From Gemmatimonadota bacterium (GTDB lineage: Bacteria; Gemmatimonadota; Gemmatimonadetes; Gemmatimonadales; GWC2-71-9), in assembly GCA_046726475.1 (NCBI GenBank), contig JBKPAO010000009.1:7480-71479 (forward strand): a DNA stretch of 64,000 nt, given 5' to 3'. The notes beneath the pieces were generated by a model that saw only the letters and a list, made by a program, of their open reading frames with translations, searched no databases and was not told the origin of the DNA. The position numbers were made by a program, and so were the translations under genes. Below, piece after piece: positions 18,321 through 28,381 of the stretch. The first letter of the stretch is position 1. Each line of letters starts with the position of its first letter.

Positions 18321-18905
18321 TCAGCCGTTCTCGCCTTCCTGCTCATCGAGATGCAGTTCGTGCTTGGCAGTCCGATTGATGAGATAGACGATCACGGCGC
18401 CGACTACGACAGCCCCCAGGAGCAGGAGTTGTATCCGGCGCACCTTGCCCAACAGCACCATGGCGCTGCCGCTCACCAGGTATCCAACACCGGTGAAGAC
18501 AAAGGAGCCGATCACGCAGCCGATCGCATCTATCAGGAGAAATCGCGGCAGTGTGAGCCCGTGCAGCCCCCAGAACAGCATGCTCGCCGCCTTGGTACCG
18601 TACACAAACCGCGCGGCCAGAAGCTCCCAGGGGCCGAGCTGATGGGCGAGGCGGTCGATCGTGGGCCCGACCCTCCGGTAGAGTTTCCCCTCCCGAAACT
18701 TGGGTCCCCGGAACCGGCCGAACCCGTACCAGATCGAGTCTCCCACCAGACTGCCAATCGCACCGGCCGCCACCGCTTGGGCAAAGGGAAAGATCCCGAG
18801 GTGTGCCACAACGCCGGCGAGGATCAGGCTGAAGTCGCCCTCGAAGGCGGACCCGATCAGCACCGCGACCAGGCCGTAGCGGATCAACAGCTCCTGAACG
18901 TGCAT
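18321..18905 (-). CDS. DedA family membrane protein
   Basis: FEGD, GSLVGDSIWYGFGR, ARFVYG motifs. Confidence 0.9.
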   Translation of the reverse strand: MHVQELLIRYGLVAVLIGSAFEGDFSLILAGVVAHLGIFPFAQAVAAGAIGSLVGDSIWYGFGRFRGPKFREGKLYRRVGPTIDRLAHQLGPWELLAARFVYGTKAASMLFWGLHGLTLPRFLLIDAIGCVIGSFVFTGVGYLVSGSAMVLLGKVRRIQLLLLGAVVVGAVIVYLINRTAKHELHLDEQEGENG

Positions 18906-18907
18906 CG

Positions 18908-20596
18908 CTAATGTCGCACGGGGGTGGTGGGATCCTCGGGCGGGAGGCCCACCTGTTGTCGCGCCGCCGCGAGCGCGTCGTCGATATTGCCGAAGAGGCA
19001 GTCTTCTCCGATCTCATCCAGCAGATCCGACTGTTGCAGTGCGATGAGCGGCTGCGCGTGTACGTCGGACAGATACACCAACGTCTTGTCCCGGCGGGTG
19101 CGCCGCACCAGATCCTGGAGCGCGTGCATCGCGGTCGAGTCCATTGCCGGTACGTTCCGCATGCGCACGATCAGCACCTTGGGCTTCTTCGACACCTCGG
19201 ACAGGGTGTCCTTGAATTTCTCCGCGGCTCCGAAGAAGAACGGGCCGTTGATCTCGTACACCTCCACGCCCTTGGGAACCTGCCGGCGGTAGATCGCTCC
19301 CGACACATCGGTGCTCGTTCGCGGGTCCTGGAATTCGTCTGAGACGATGCGAACGTTGGTGACCTCGGCCATTCGCTTCATGAACAGAAACGACGCCAGC
19401 ACCATCCCGACCCCAATCCCGGTCGTGAGGTCGACCAGCACCGTGAGGAGAAAGGTCGACAGCATCACGAGGGCATCGCTCTTGGGCGCGCTCAGCTCGC
19501 TCTTGAAGACCGGCCAATCGGCCATGCGGTATGCCACCCAGGCCACAATCGCACCGAGAGCGGCGAGCGGAATCAAGGCCGCCAGCCGGCCGAAGAACAA
19601 CGTAACGACGAGGAGAGTGAGGGCGTGAATCAAGCCGGCGACGGGAGTGCGGCCTCCGCTCTTGACGTTGGTCGCGGTGCGGGCAATGGCGCCGGTAGCT
19701 GGGATGCCGCCAAATAGCGGGGCGACTACGTTGGCGACGCCCTGGGCCACCAGCTCCATATTCGATCGATGGCGCCCGCCGATCATGCCATCGGCCACAA
19801 CCGCGGACAGCAGTGACTCGACTGCCCCGAGTGCCGCGATCGTCAGCGCCGGCCGAACCAACTCCCGGCCTTCGGCGAATGTGACGCCCGGGAGCGTCAG
19901 GTGGGGGAAGCCGGCCTGGATCTCACCGAAGCGGGTACCGATCGTCTCCACCGGCAGCTGCAGCAGCCGCACCGTGAGCGTCGTGAGGATGAGAGCCACG
20001 AACGGCGCCGGCACCTTGTGGCTCACCCGGGGCCAGAACTGCAGGATGAGGAGGGTGCCGAGCGAGAGGGTCACGGCGTAGACATTGATGGTGCCGAGGT
20101 GGGTCGCGTAAGCCCCGAGCCGTTCGATGAAGTCGGGAGGTGCGCTGGCGAGTTTAAGGCCCAGCACGTCGCGGAGCTGCTGCACGATCAGAATGAGACC
20201 GATACCGGACGTGAAGCCGGTGACCACCGGAAAGGGGATGAACTTGATCGCGGCACCCAGCCGCCCGAGTCCGGCCGCGATCAACAACAACCCAGCCATG
20301 ATCGTCGCGATAATGAGTCCGTCGACTCCGTAGGTCTGCACGATGCCGTAGACGATGACCACGAACGCCCCGGTCGGACCGCCGATCTGCACCCGGGACC
20401 CTCCCAACGCCGAGATCAGCCCGCCGGCGATGATCGCGGTGTAAAGGCCGCGCTCCGGGGTGACTCCACTGGCGATCGCGAACGCGATGGCCAGCGGGAG
20501 TGCCACAATCCCCACGATGACACCGGCGGTGAGGTCCGCCACGAATTGATCGCGGCTGTAGGTCCTGAGCGTAGTGATCAGCTTAGGGACGAGCAA
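18908..20596 (-). CDS. SulP family anion permease with STAS domain
   Basis: VALPLAIAFAIASG, QIGGPTGAF, GAIARTATN, YEINGPFFFG. Confidence 0.96.
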   Translation of the reverse strand: MLVPKLITTLRTYSRDQFVADLTAGVIVGIVALPLAIAFAIASGVTPERGLYTAIIAGGLISALGGSRVQIGGPTGAFVVIVYGIVQTYGVDGLIIATIMAGLLLIAAGLGRLGAAIKFIPFPVVTGFTSGIGLILIVQQLRDVLGLKLASAPPDFIERLGAYATHLGTINVYAVTLSLGTLLILQFWPRVSHKVPAPFVALILTTLTVRLLQLPVETIGTRFGEIQAGFPHLTLPGVTFAEGRELVRPALTIAALGAVESLLSAVVADGMIGGRHRSNMELVAQGVANVVAPLFGGIPATGAIARTATNVKSGGRTPVAGLIHALTLLVVTLFFGRLAALIPLAALGAIVAWVAYRMADWPVFKSELSAPKSDALVMLSTFLLTVLVDLTTGIGVGMVLASFLFMKRMAEVTNVRIVSDEFQDPRTSTDVSGAIYRRQVPKGVEVYEINGPFFFGAAEKFKDTLSEVSKKPKVLIVRMRNVPAMDSTAMHALQDLVRRTRRDKTLVYLSDVHAQPLIALQQSDLLDEIGEDCLFGNIDDALAAARQQVGLPPEDPTTPVRH

Positions 20597-20744
20597 TCGC
20601 GGGATCTCCTGGGACAGTTTGGCTCATTCAATGGGCCGTCGTCGGGCCATTATGTCTCTCCGATCGGCTTTCCGCGGTTGCCCGGAGGCCTCCGAGGATG
20701 GCCACGTTCTTGCCTTCTGCGCTCCCGATTCGAGGAGCGCACGC

Positions 20745-21863
20745 ATGCGTATAGCCTTGGTGAGCGAGTACTACTTTCCGCATCTCGGTGGTGTCACTGA
20801 GCACGTCCATAACCTGGCTCTCATCCTGAATGGGGCGGGACACCGAGCGATCGTCATTACCGCCCGCATGGCGCCACCGCTAGCCGGTGACGACCCGGAG
20901 CCGGACGCCGAGTGGGTCCATCGGGTAGGCACCAGCCGCATCATCTTCAGCGCCGGTTCCTTCGCCCGTCTCACCACCGGCCGCGGCCTGCGCCGGCAGA
21001 TTCGCACCATTCTGCAGCGGGAGCGAATCGATCTGGTCCACGTCCACAGCGGGTTGAATCCCGTCCTCGGACTAGTGGCCCCGGATGCGGCACAGGACTT
21101 GGGGGTCCCGGTGGTCGCGACTTTTCACTCGTGGTTTCGTCGCTCGGCACTGTGCCGAATCTTCCGGCGGCAGCTCCAAGAGCGCCTCGACCGACACGCC
21201 GCCGCGATCGCGGTCAGTCAGCCAGTCGTCGAGGCCCATGCCCGATACTTCGACGCGGATTGGCAGGTTATACCCAATGGGGTCGACACCGGCTTCTTTG
21301 TGCCGCGTCGCTCTCCACCCGATCGAATTCCCAGCTCCGAGTTGCTCTTTCTTGGCCGACTGGATCCACGTAACGGACTCGACACCATTCTCGCAGCGCT
21401 GCCGGAGGTCGTCCGGCGACGGCCGGAGGCTCATCTCACCATCGCCGGTGACGGGCCGCTTCGGCCGCTGTACCAGCAGCTCGCGAAGAATATTGCCCAG
21501 CATGTCACCTTCGTTGGTCGCGTCAATGGTAATCGACCAGTGTATTACTCCAAGGCCGACCTCTATCTCTGCCCGACGACGAAGGCATCGTTCGGCGTGA
21601 CACTATTAGAGGCGATGGCCTGCGGGACACCGCAGGTGGTCTCCGACATCACCGGATTTCGCGAGCTGGTGGGGGAGGGCGGCGAAGCGGTGCTGGTTCC
21701 GAAGAATGATCCCGCCGTCTGGGCCGGGACAGTCGTCGGTTTGTTGGACGATCAAGCGCGCCGGCAATCGATGGCGGCCGCCGGCCTTGCGAAGGCCCAG
21801 TTGTACTCCTGGCCTCGAATTGCGGAGCAAGTCGTCGCTGTCTATCGCCGAGTGCTCGCGTGA
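20745..21863 (+). CDS. GT4 glycosyltransferase (PimA-like)
   Basis: GGVTEHV, IPNGVD, FLGRLDPRNG, SFGVTLLEAMACG. Confidence 0.92.
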   Translation: MRIALVSEYYFPHLGGVTEHVHNLALILNGAGHRAIVITARMAPPLAGDDPEPDAEWVHRVGTSRIIFSAGSFARLTTGRGLRRQIRTILQRERIDLVHVHSGLNPVLGLVAPDAAQDLGVPVVATFHSWFRRSALCRIFRRQLQERLDRHAAAIAVSQPVVEAHARYFDADWQVIPNGVDTGFFVPRRSPPDRIPSSELLFLGRLDPRNGLDTILAALPEVVRRRPEAHLTIAGDGPLRPLYQQLAKNIAQHVTFVGRVNGNRPVYYSKADLYLCPTTKASFGVTLLEAMACGTPQVVSDITGFRELVGEGGEAVLVPKNDPAVWAGTVVGLLDDQARRQSMAAAGLAKAQLYSWPRIAEQVVAVYRRVLA

Positions 21864-22558
21864 TGGAACCGGTCACCCTCGGCGCGGCGCTCACCGTGGC
21901 CACCGGTCTCTGGGGCGCCTACGACCCGAACAGCCCGATCTACGGCCCGGTGATTGGACGCGGTCCCCGGGAGAAAGTCGCATATCTAACCTTCGACGAT
22001 GGCCCCAATCCCGGCGTCACGGAGTCTATCCTCAGGACCCTTCGCCGCGCCGAGGTGCCCGCCACCTTCTTTATGCTGGGCAGCTATGTGGAGCAATATC
22101 CCGAGACGGCACTCGCCGTGGCGCGCGAGCGGCACGAGATCGGGAACCACACCTACTCGCATGCCCGCCTTCACCGTCTCGGCCCTAGGCGGGTTGACGA
22201 GGAGGTCCGGCTGGGCCACGAAGCGATCGTGCGCATCACCGGACGAGTCCCCTGCAGCTTTCGCGCGCCCCACGGGTACCGGGGCCCCTTCGTGTCTCGG
22301 GCGGTCGGGCACTATGGGTACCGGGTGTTCGGTTGGACGTTCGGCATCCGTGACTCCGATCGTCCCGGGGTCGAGCAGATCCGGTGGCGGGTGCGGACGC
22401 GACTCCGGCCCGGCTCGATCATTCTCCTTCATGATGGGGATGGGTATCAGCCGGAAGGCGACCGCTGGCAGACCGCGGAGGCACTGACGGACATCATCAA
22501 TGACGCGCGCGCCACTGGGTATCGGTTCGAGGCGCTCTCCCGTTTGGTCTCCGGGTGA
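21863..22558 (+). CDS. Polysaccharide deacetylase (CE4/NodB)
   Basis: LTFDDGP, GNHTYSH, FRAPHG, IILLHDG. Confidence 0.93.
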   Translation: MEPVTLGAALTVATGLWGAYDPNSPIYGPVIGRGPREKVAYLTFDDGPNPGVTESILRTLRRAEVPATFFMLGSYVEQYPETALAVARERHEIGNHTYSHARLHRLGPRRVDEEVRLGHEAIVRITGRVPCSFRAPHGYRGPFVSRAVGHYGYRVFGWTFGIRDSDRPGVEQIRWRVRTRLRPGSIILLHDGDGYQPEGDRWQTAEALTDIINDARATGYRFEALSRLVSG

Positions 22559-23481
22559 GCACTCGGCGGTGGATCACCGCGATACTCGGAGTGGTGGGTG
22601 CGGCCTTCGCGATCCATTCCGGATGGACGTTTCCCTGGTCCCGGACACTCGATCTGCTCGCCGACTCCAACTGGGAGCTGTTGACTGCCGCAGGGCTAGT
22701 GAACATCGTCTCGCTGACGGCCAAAGCATCCACCTGGTATGTCCTCCTCGCCGGGGTAGCTCCGCTGCGCATCTGGACGGCGCAAACGGCCACCTTCGTC
22801 GGCGCGGCGGTGAACTCGGTCAGCATATCGATCAGCGGGGACGTCGTCCGGGCCCAGCTCGCTTCCGAGTGGGATACAGTGCCCTTTGGGATGTCAGCGG
22901 CGGCGCTGATGGCGAGCCGAATCGTCGAGGCAGTGGCACTGTTCGCACTGGTAGCGCTCGCGTGGATGGTATTTCCCCTTGGCCGTGACTGGCGAATGGC
23001 GGGTGCCGCAGTCCTGTTGCCGGTGGCGGCTTTCGTTCTCTGGTGGAGCCGCGCGCCGGGGGGACGGACCGAAAGCGTCGCCAAAGGATGGCGCCGCGAC
23101 TTCACGGAGTTCGTCGGCCGGATCCGGGGCGGAACTGCGTCTGCCGTGGGCTGTGCTATGTTGAGCTGGTTGGGCCAGTGGCTCACCTACTATTGGAGCA
23201 TCCGGGCTACGCACGTCGACATTTCCCCGGCGGCAGCACTAGCGGCGCTCCTGGCCGCCAACCTCGCCGGCATTTTGCGCCTGACTCCGGGGAACATCGG
23301 AGTCATGCAAGGATCACTCATCGTGGGGATGCGGGCCTTCGGCGTTCGGCCCGGTGACGCGCTGGCCGGCGGCCTGGCGTTGCAGACAATCCAGGTCCTT
23401 CCCATTCTGGCCATCGCCACTACGCTGGTTGGCCGGCGCGGACTTCGTTGGAGCGGCCAACGCCGTTCGGAGGCACTCTGA
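22555..23481 (+). CDS. Lysylphosphatidylglycerol synthase TM / flippase-like protein
   Basis: Multi-TM; GDVVRA and TPGNIG motifs. Confidence 0.8.
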   Translation: MSTRRWITAILGVVGAAFAIHSGWTFPWSRTLDLLADSNWELLTAAGLVNIVSLTAKASTWYVLLAGVAPLRIWTAQTATFVGAAVNSVSISISGDVVRAQLASEWDTVPFGMSAAALMASRIVEAVALFALVALAWMVFPLGRDWRMAGAAVLLPVAAFVLWWSRAPGGRTESVAKGWRRDFTEFVGRIRGGTASAVGCAMLSWLGQWLTYYWSIRATHVDISPAAALAALLAANLAGILRLTPGNIGVMQGSLIVGMRAFGVRPGDALAGGLALQTIQVLPILAIATTLVGRRGLRWSGQRRSEAL

Positions 23482-25031
23482 TGTCGGTGACCACCGAGCC
23501 CCAGCCGACAGCAAGAGGCCGGCGCTCGCTTCCGGTGTTCTACGATCCACCAGTCGAGCTCGAGCCCGAGGCCGACTCCGCGCCACCACCGATGGGTCTA
23601 CCGCGCCGGTTGGCATTCCTGACCGCGATCATGGCTGTTCTCCTCGTGCTCGGCGCGACCGAGATTGCGCTGTCATGGTCGGCACGGACCCGGCTGGAGG
23701 ATTTCCGGCTGGAGTCGGTGGCGCTCGCCAATACCCTCGCCTCCCTGCTGATGCGAGAGGCGCCGACGGGAAATCCTGAAAGTTTGGCGCAGGGAGTCGC
23801 GGGATGGTCGCGCCATCGGCTCACCGAGTCCCAGGCCACCGTTTATGTCGCCCGGCGCGGTGTGCTGGAACCGGCGGGCTCCAGCGGCGGGCCACCGGGA
23901 GCTGCCGACCAGAGTGCCTACCGCGCCCTCGCCCGGCACACCACCGAAGTTCATCTGCTGAACGGAGCCGATCCGGGGTGGCAGGTGCTCGTGCCGCTAG
24001 GTCTTGCCCACCCGTATGGAGTGCTCGATGTCCGGGTCTCCACCCGCCGGCTACAGGACTGGGCCAGGGTCGAGCGCCAGCGCGCCTACGTACTCGCCTG
24101 TATCTCGGCGCTGCTGGTCGCGCTCGGTGTCGCCGTCCTGACCGCCCGTTGGGTCGGTCGCCCGCTCGCTGAGATCGGGCGGGCGATGGCGGGCGCGCAT
24201 CGAGGCGCCCACGGATCGCCTGCGGCCCCGGAGATCGGGCCACCGGAGTTCCGCGAACTGGCGCGGCGCTACAATCGCCTCCGCGAAGCACTGGCCGCCC
24301 GCGAGCAGGAAAGCGCCGCCCGCGCCATGCTGCTGTCACTGGAGGAACGCGCGCGTGGATTCGATCGGCTGGCCCTGCTCCAGGAAGCCGCAACCGGCTT
24401 TGCCCACGAGATCGGCACTCCGTTGAACACACTCAGTGGACACCTCCAGCTCCTGCGTGACGACCTTGCGGTGCAGGAAAATCAGACCGCGGTGGATCGG
24501 GTGCGACTACTCCTGACACAGGTGGACCGCGTAGCCGGCATCGTTCGCGCCGCCCTGGAACGCGGCAGCTGGCCGAGGCCCTACGTGCAGAACGTCGATC
24601 TCACCGAGATCGCTACTCGGATGCTGCGCTTCCTCGAGCCGGCGCTGACTGACGCCGGCGTCACCGCACAGCTCGCATCCACGTCTTGCGTCACGGCGGC
24701 CTGCGATCCTGGAATGGTGGAACAGATCCTGCTGAACCTTCTGAAGAACGCGATCGAAGCGCTTTCTCCGGGAAACTCGGTCCAGATCGCGACGTTCCTA
24801 GAGGACGGTCAGGCGTGCATCGAGATCTCCGACGATGGTCCGGGTATCGACCCGGACGCGGAGTCCACGTTGTTCCAGCCGTTCTCTACCACCAAGGGAA
24901 CGGAGGGAACCGGGTTGGGCCTCGCGGTGAGCCGACGCCTGGCGCGCACCCTCGGTGGGGACCTGCTCTATCTGCCCAGCCGGCAGGGAGCACGTTGGCG
25001 TCTCACCTTGCCCGCGGAGGGGGAAACGTGA
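23481..25031 (+). CDS. Membrane sensor histidine kinase
   Basis: Two TMs, HAMP-like region, AHEIGTPL H-box, NLLKNA, DDGPG, GTGLGL. Confidence 0.93.
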   Translation: MSVTTEPQPTARGRRSLPVFYDPPVELEPEADSAPPPMGLPRRLAFLTAIMAVLLVLGATEIALSWSARTRLEDFRLESVALANTLASLLMREAPTGNPESLAQGVAGWSRHRLTESQATVYVARRGVLEPAGSSGGPPGAADQSAYRALARHTTEVHLLNGADPGWQVLVPLGLAHPYGVLDVRVSTRRLQDWARVERQRAYVLACISALLVALGVAVLTARWVGRPLAEIGRAMAGAHRGAHGSPAAPEIGPPEFRELARRYNRLREALAAREQESAARAMLLSLEERARGFDRLALLQEAATGFAHEIGTPLNTLSGHLQLLRDDLAVQENQTAVDRVRLLLTQVDRVAGIVRAALERGSWPRPYVQNVDLTEIATRMLRFLEPALTDAGVTAQLASTSCVTAACDPGMVEQILLNLLKNAIEALSPGNSVQIATFLEDGQACIEISDDGPGIDPDAESTLFQPFSTTKGTEGTGLGLAVSRRLARTLGGDLLYLPSRQGARWRLTLPAEGET

Positions 25032-26431
25032 CGGCCGTGGAGACTGTCGAGGGCACTGCCCGATTGCTGCTGGTGGATGACGACGAGGCGGCCTGCCGGC
25101 TCCTCAGCGAAGTGCTGGAACGCGACTCCTACCGGGTGGTCTCCGCATTGTCGGCCGATGAGGCGATCGCAAAGCTCGAGGGCGAAGGACCATTCGATGC
25201 GGTGCTGACCGATCTCCGGATGCCGCAGAAGAGCGGGCTCGATCTGCTCCGCTTTCTCAGGAACCGAGATCCCGAAGCGTTGGTGCTGGTGCTGACAGCC
25301 TTCGGCGACGCTGCTGCCGCCGCCGAAGCGATCCGGGCCGGCGCCTACGATTTCATCAGCAAGCCGTACGACATCTCCAGACTGCGGGAGACGCTGGGCC
25401 GGGCCCTGGGGCGGCGGCGCCTGGCCCGTCGGCCTGCCGGCGCTCCGGGCGGGTCCGCGGCGAGTGATGTGGGCGACAGTCTGGCCCTGGTAGGACACAG
25501 CCCGGCCATCATCGAAGTGATGAAAACGATGGCGCGAGTCGCCGCCTCGCAAGCGACGGTACTCGTGCTGGGTGAGACGGGCACCGGTAAGGAGCTGGTG
25601 GCCCGAACCATCCACCGGTACTCCGACCGGGCGAGCCGGCGGTTCGTCACGGTGAACTGTTCCGCTCTCGCAGAGGGGCTCTTGGAAAGCGAGCTGTTCG
25701 GCCACGTAAAGGGAGCCTTCACCGGGGCCGCCACGTCGCGTCCCGGACTCTTCCGCGAAGCCGATAAGGGCACCCTGTTCCTCGACGAGATCGGCGATAT
25801 TTCTCCCGGCCTCCAGGCCAGGCTGCTTCGGGTGCTGCAGGAGCAGGAGATCGTTCCAGTCGGGAGCGAAACGCCTATCAAGGTCGATGTCAGGGTCATC
25901 GCCGCTACTCACCGCGACCTTCCCGAGGCGGTGCGGTCGGGGCGGTTCCGCGAGGACCTCTATTATCGACTCGATGTCGTAACGCTACGACTCCCGCCGT
26001 TGCGGGAGCGGAGGCAGGACATTCCGCTGCTGGTCGATCACTTTCTGCGGACGCTGAGCCTGCGGCATGGGCGGGGTCCGGTCGCCATGGACTCTGAGGC
26101 CCAGCGGCGACTCCTCGCCTACGACTGGCCGGGAAATATCCGGGAGCTGCAGAACGTGTTGGAGCGCGCGGTGCTATTGGCAGAACAGGGTATCATCGGC
26201 CCTGAGCATCTTGCGACCAGCGTGCGCCCGGCCGTGGCAGCCCTCGCCGAAACGCACCCACCCGCTTCCGCGGCGTTGCGTCCGCTGGAGGATGTCGAGC
26301 GGGATCACGTGATTCGGGTGCTGGCGGCGACCGGCGGCAACCGGGAAGAGAGCTCGCGCATCCTGGGCATCTCCCGGCGTACCCTCACCCGCATGATTCA
26401 GCGGTGGGGCCTCCCACCGCGACGCCAGTAG
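25028..26431 (+). CDS. Sigma54-dependent response regulator (NtrC/AtoC family)
   Basis: Receiver domain, GETGTGKE, ESELFGH, GAFTGA, WPGNIREL, Fis-type HTH. Confidence 0.96.
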   Translation: MTAVETVEGTARLLLVDDDEAACRLLSEVLERDSYRVVSALSADEAIAKLEGEGPFDAVLTDLRMPQKSGLDLLRFLRNRDPEALVLVLTAFGDAAAAAEAIRAGAYDFISKPYDISRLRETLGRALGRRRLARRPAGAPGGSAASDVGDSLALVGHSPAIIEVMKTMARVAASQATVLVLGETGTGKELVARTIHRYSDRASRRFVTVNCSALAEGLLESELFGHVKGAFTGAATSRPGLFREADKGTLFLDEIGDISPGLQARLLRVLQEQEIVPVGSETPIKVDVRVIAATHRDLPEAVRSGRFREDLYYRLDVVTLRLPPLRERRQDIPLLVDHFLRTLSLRHGRGPVAMDSEAQRRLLAYDWPGNIRELQNVLERAVLLAEQGIIGPEHLATSVRPAVAALAETHPPASAALRPLEDVERDHVIRVLAATGGNREESSRILGISRRTLTRMIQRWGLPPRRQ

Positions 26432-26535
26432 TGACATTCTGTCTCGCGACGACAAAGTGACCCGTCGAACTTGGCCTCTGGGACGCTGAACGCCCCGCAT
26501 CCCGCATTTCCAGGTACTCAAGTCCATCCCTCGCC

Positions 26536-26550
26536 TGGCATACCGATTGC
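26536..26550 (+). promoter_or_regulatory. Sigma54 -24/-12 promoter
   Basis: TGGCAT-ACCGA-TTGC matches TGGCAC-N5-TTGC with correct spacing, 62 nt before the ATG. Confidence 0.8.
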
Positions 26551-26612
26551 CCTTCCTCCGTTCGACGACGTGGTCGCCAATGGACCAGGTCACACCGTCA
26601 CAACCAGGAGGA

Positions 26613-26996
26613 ATGATGAAGCGAGCTCTTGCTCTTCTTACTGCAGGTGCTTTGGTGGGTACCATCGCGGCTCACAGCGCAACAGCGCAATCCAGTACTC
26701 CCGCCAAGCCCACTCCCAGTCCCACCATGCAGCACAATCAGACCACCGGCAGCAAGATGAAACACGACTCCACCGCGGTGAGCTCGAAGAGCAGCGCGGC
26801 GAAGCAGCAATGGAGCAAGGAACAGATCAAGGAGGCGCAGGCCGGACTGGCCAAGGCAGGCTACTTCAAGGGAACGCCGGACGGGGTGTACGGCAAGACT
26901 ACCCACAATGCGGTGAAGGCGTATCAGAAGGCGAACAAGCTGCCGGTCACCGGCCAGCTGAGCGATAGCCTTCTGACTCGACTCCGCTCGTCCTGA
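26613..26996 (+). CDS. Secreted peptidoglycan-binding domain protein
   Basis: AGGAGG RBS, signal peptide, PG_binding_1 motif DGVYGKTTHNAVKAYQKANKLPVTG. Confidence 0.88.
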   Translation: MMKRALALLTAGALVGTIAAHSATAQSSTPAKPTPSPTMQHNQTTGSKMKHDSTAVSSKSSAAKQQWSKEQIKEAQAGLAKAGYFKGTPDGVYGKTTHNAVKAYQKANKLPVTGQLSDSLLTRLRSS

Positions 26997-27023
26997 CCAG
27001 CAATTTCTTGCTGCAGTAAGATC

Positions 27024-27054
27024 CCGCCCCTCCCCCGAGGGGCGGCTTGGTTTT
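27024..27054 (+). terminator. Intrinsic terminator-like hairpin between convergent genes
   Basis: CCGCCCCTC-CCCC-GAGGGGCGG then CTTGGTTTT. Confidence 0.6.
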
Positions 27055-28381
27055 ATAGGAGCAGCATTCCGGCCAGGCCCAGCAGTAGCAGAAACCCGCA
27101 CACGTCGGTGAAGGTGGTGACGAAGATCGAGGAGGCGACCGCCGGGTCGACACCGGAGCGTTCGAGCAGAATGGGAATGAATGCGCCGGCGAAGCCCGCG
27201 ACCATAAGGTTCCCCACCATCGCGAGGAAGACGACCAGGCCGAGGCGGGGCCCTTCTCCCATCCACGCCGCAACGATTCCTACCACCACTCCGATCGCCA
27301 GACCGTTGATGATCCCGACCAGGATCTCCTTCCCTACGACGCGGGTGAACACCTTGACCGGCAGCATCCCCAGTGCGAGGCGGCGCACCGTCACCGCCAG
27401 CGCCTGGGTTCCCGCGTTGCCACCCATGCCCGCAATGATCGGCATCCAGACGGCCAGCGCGAGAGTTCGCTGGATGGTGTGCTGGAAGGAGTACACCACG
27501 CCACCGGCCAGGAATGCAGTGAGCAGGTTCACCGAGAGCCAGGGAAGGCGGCTTCGCACCGCGGTCGTCCAGCCGGCGGCCAGCTCCTCATCAGGCGAGA
27601 CGCCGCCGAATTTTAGGAGGTCCTCGGTGGTCTCCGCCTCCACGACGTCGATCACATCGTCAAAGGTGACGCGGCCGAGCAAACGTCCTTGCTCGTCCAC
27701 TACCGGCACACTCGGCAGGTTGTAGCGCGCCATCAGACGGGCCACATCTTCCTGATCGAGGTCCGGCGTCACGAAGATGTCTGCGTCGGTCATGAACGCG
27801 CGCACCGGGCGCTCCGGGCGGCTGATCACCAGATCCTTGAACGGCAAGGTACCAACGAGGTGGTCCCCCGCATCCACGACAAAGACCTGATAGAAATCCT
27901 CAACCTCTTCGGCCTGTCGACGAATCTCATCCAGGGCCTGTTCCGTGGTTGCGGTGTCCGTCACCGTGACCATGTGGGTGGTCATCAGCCCACCCGCGGT
28001 CTCCTCGTGATAACGGAGGAGCTGGTCTACCTCGGAGCGGTCCTCGACCGCGGAAAGAATCTGCTCCTGCCGCTTGGGATCGAGCTCGCCGAGAATGTCT
28101 GCAGCATCGTCGTCGTCCAACTCGTCGACGATCTCGGCCGCGAGGTCGGGATCCAGGGCGGCCAGGGTTTCCTCGGCATGCGCCTCCTCCGGCATCTCGG
28201 CCAATGCCTGGCTGGAGAGCTCGGGGGGCAGCGCCTGCACTACGGAAACGCGCTCCTTCTCGTCTAACGCGGTCAACACCTCGGCCAGATCGGCAGGCTC
28301 AAAGTCGTGGGCGCGCCGGGTGAACAGCGCCAGTTCGCCCCGGCGCACCAGCTCGACCATCCGGTCGAGGAGCTTTCTCAT
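27053..28381 (-). CDS. mgtE: Magnesium transporter MgtE
   Basis: Acidic N-domain, CBS pair, RLPWL, MGGNAGTQ, DPAVAS, TTFTDV. Confidence 0.96.
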   Translation of the reverse strand: MRKLLDRMVELVRRGELALFTRRAHDFEPADLAEVLTALDEKERVSVVQALPPELSSQALAEMPEEAHAEETLAALDPDLAAEIVDELDDDDAADILGELDPKRQEQILSAVEDRSEVDQLLRYHEETAGGLMTTHMVTVTDTATTEQALDEIRRQAEEVEDFYQVFVVDAGDHLVGTLPFKDLVISRPERPVRAFMTDADIFVTPDLDQEDVARLMARYNLPSVPVVDEQGRLLGRVTFDDVIDVVEAETTEDLLKFGGVSPDEELAAGWTTAVRSRLPWLSVNLLTAFLAGGVVYSFQHTIQRTLALAVWMPIIAGMGGNAGTQALAVTVRRLALGMLPVKVFTRVVGKEILVGIINGLAIGVVVGIVAAWMGEGPRLGLVVFLAMVGNLMVAGFAGAFIPILLERSGVDPAVASSIFVTTFTDVCGFLLLLGLAGMLLL

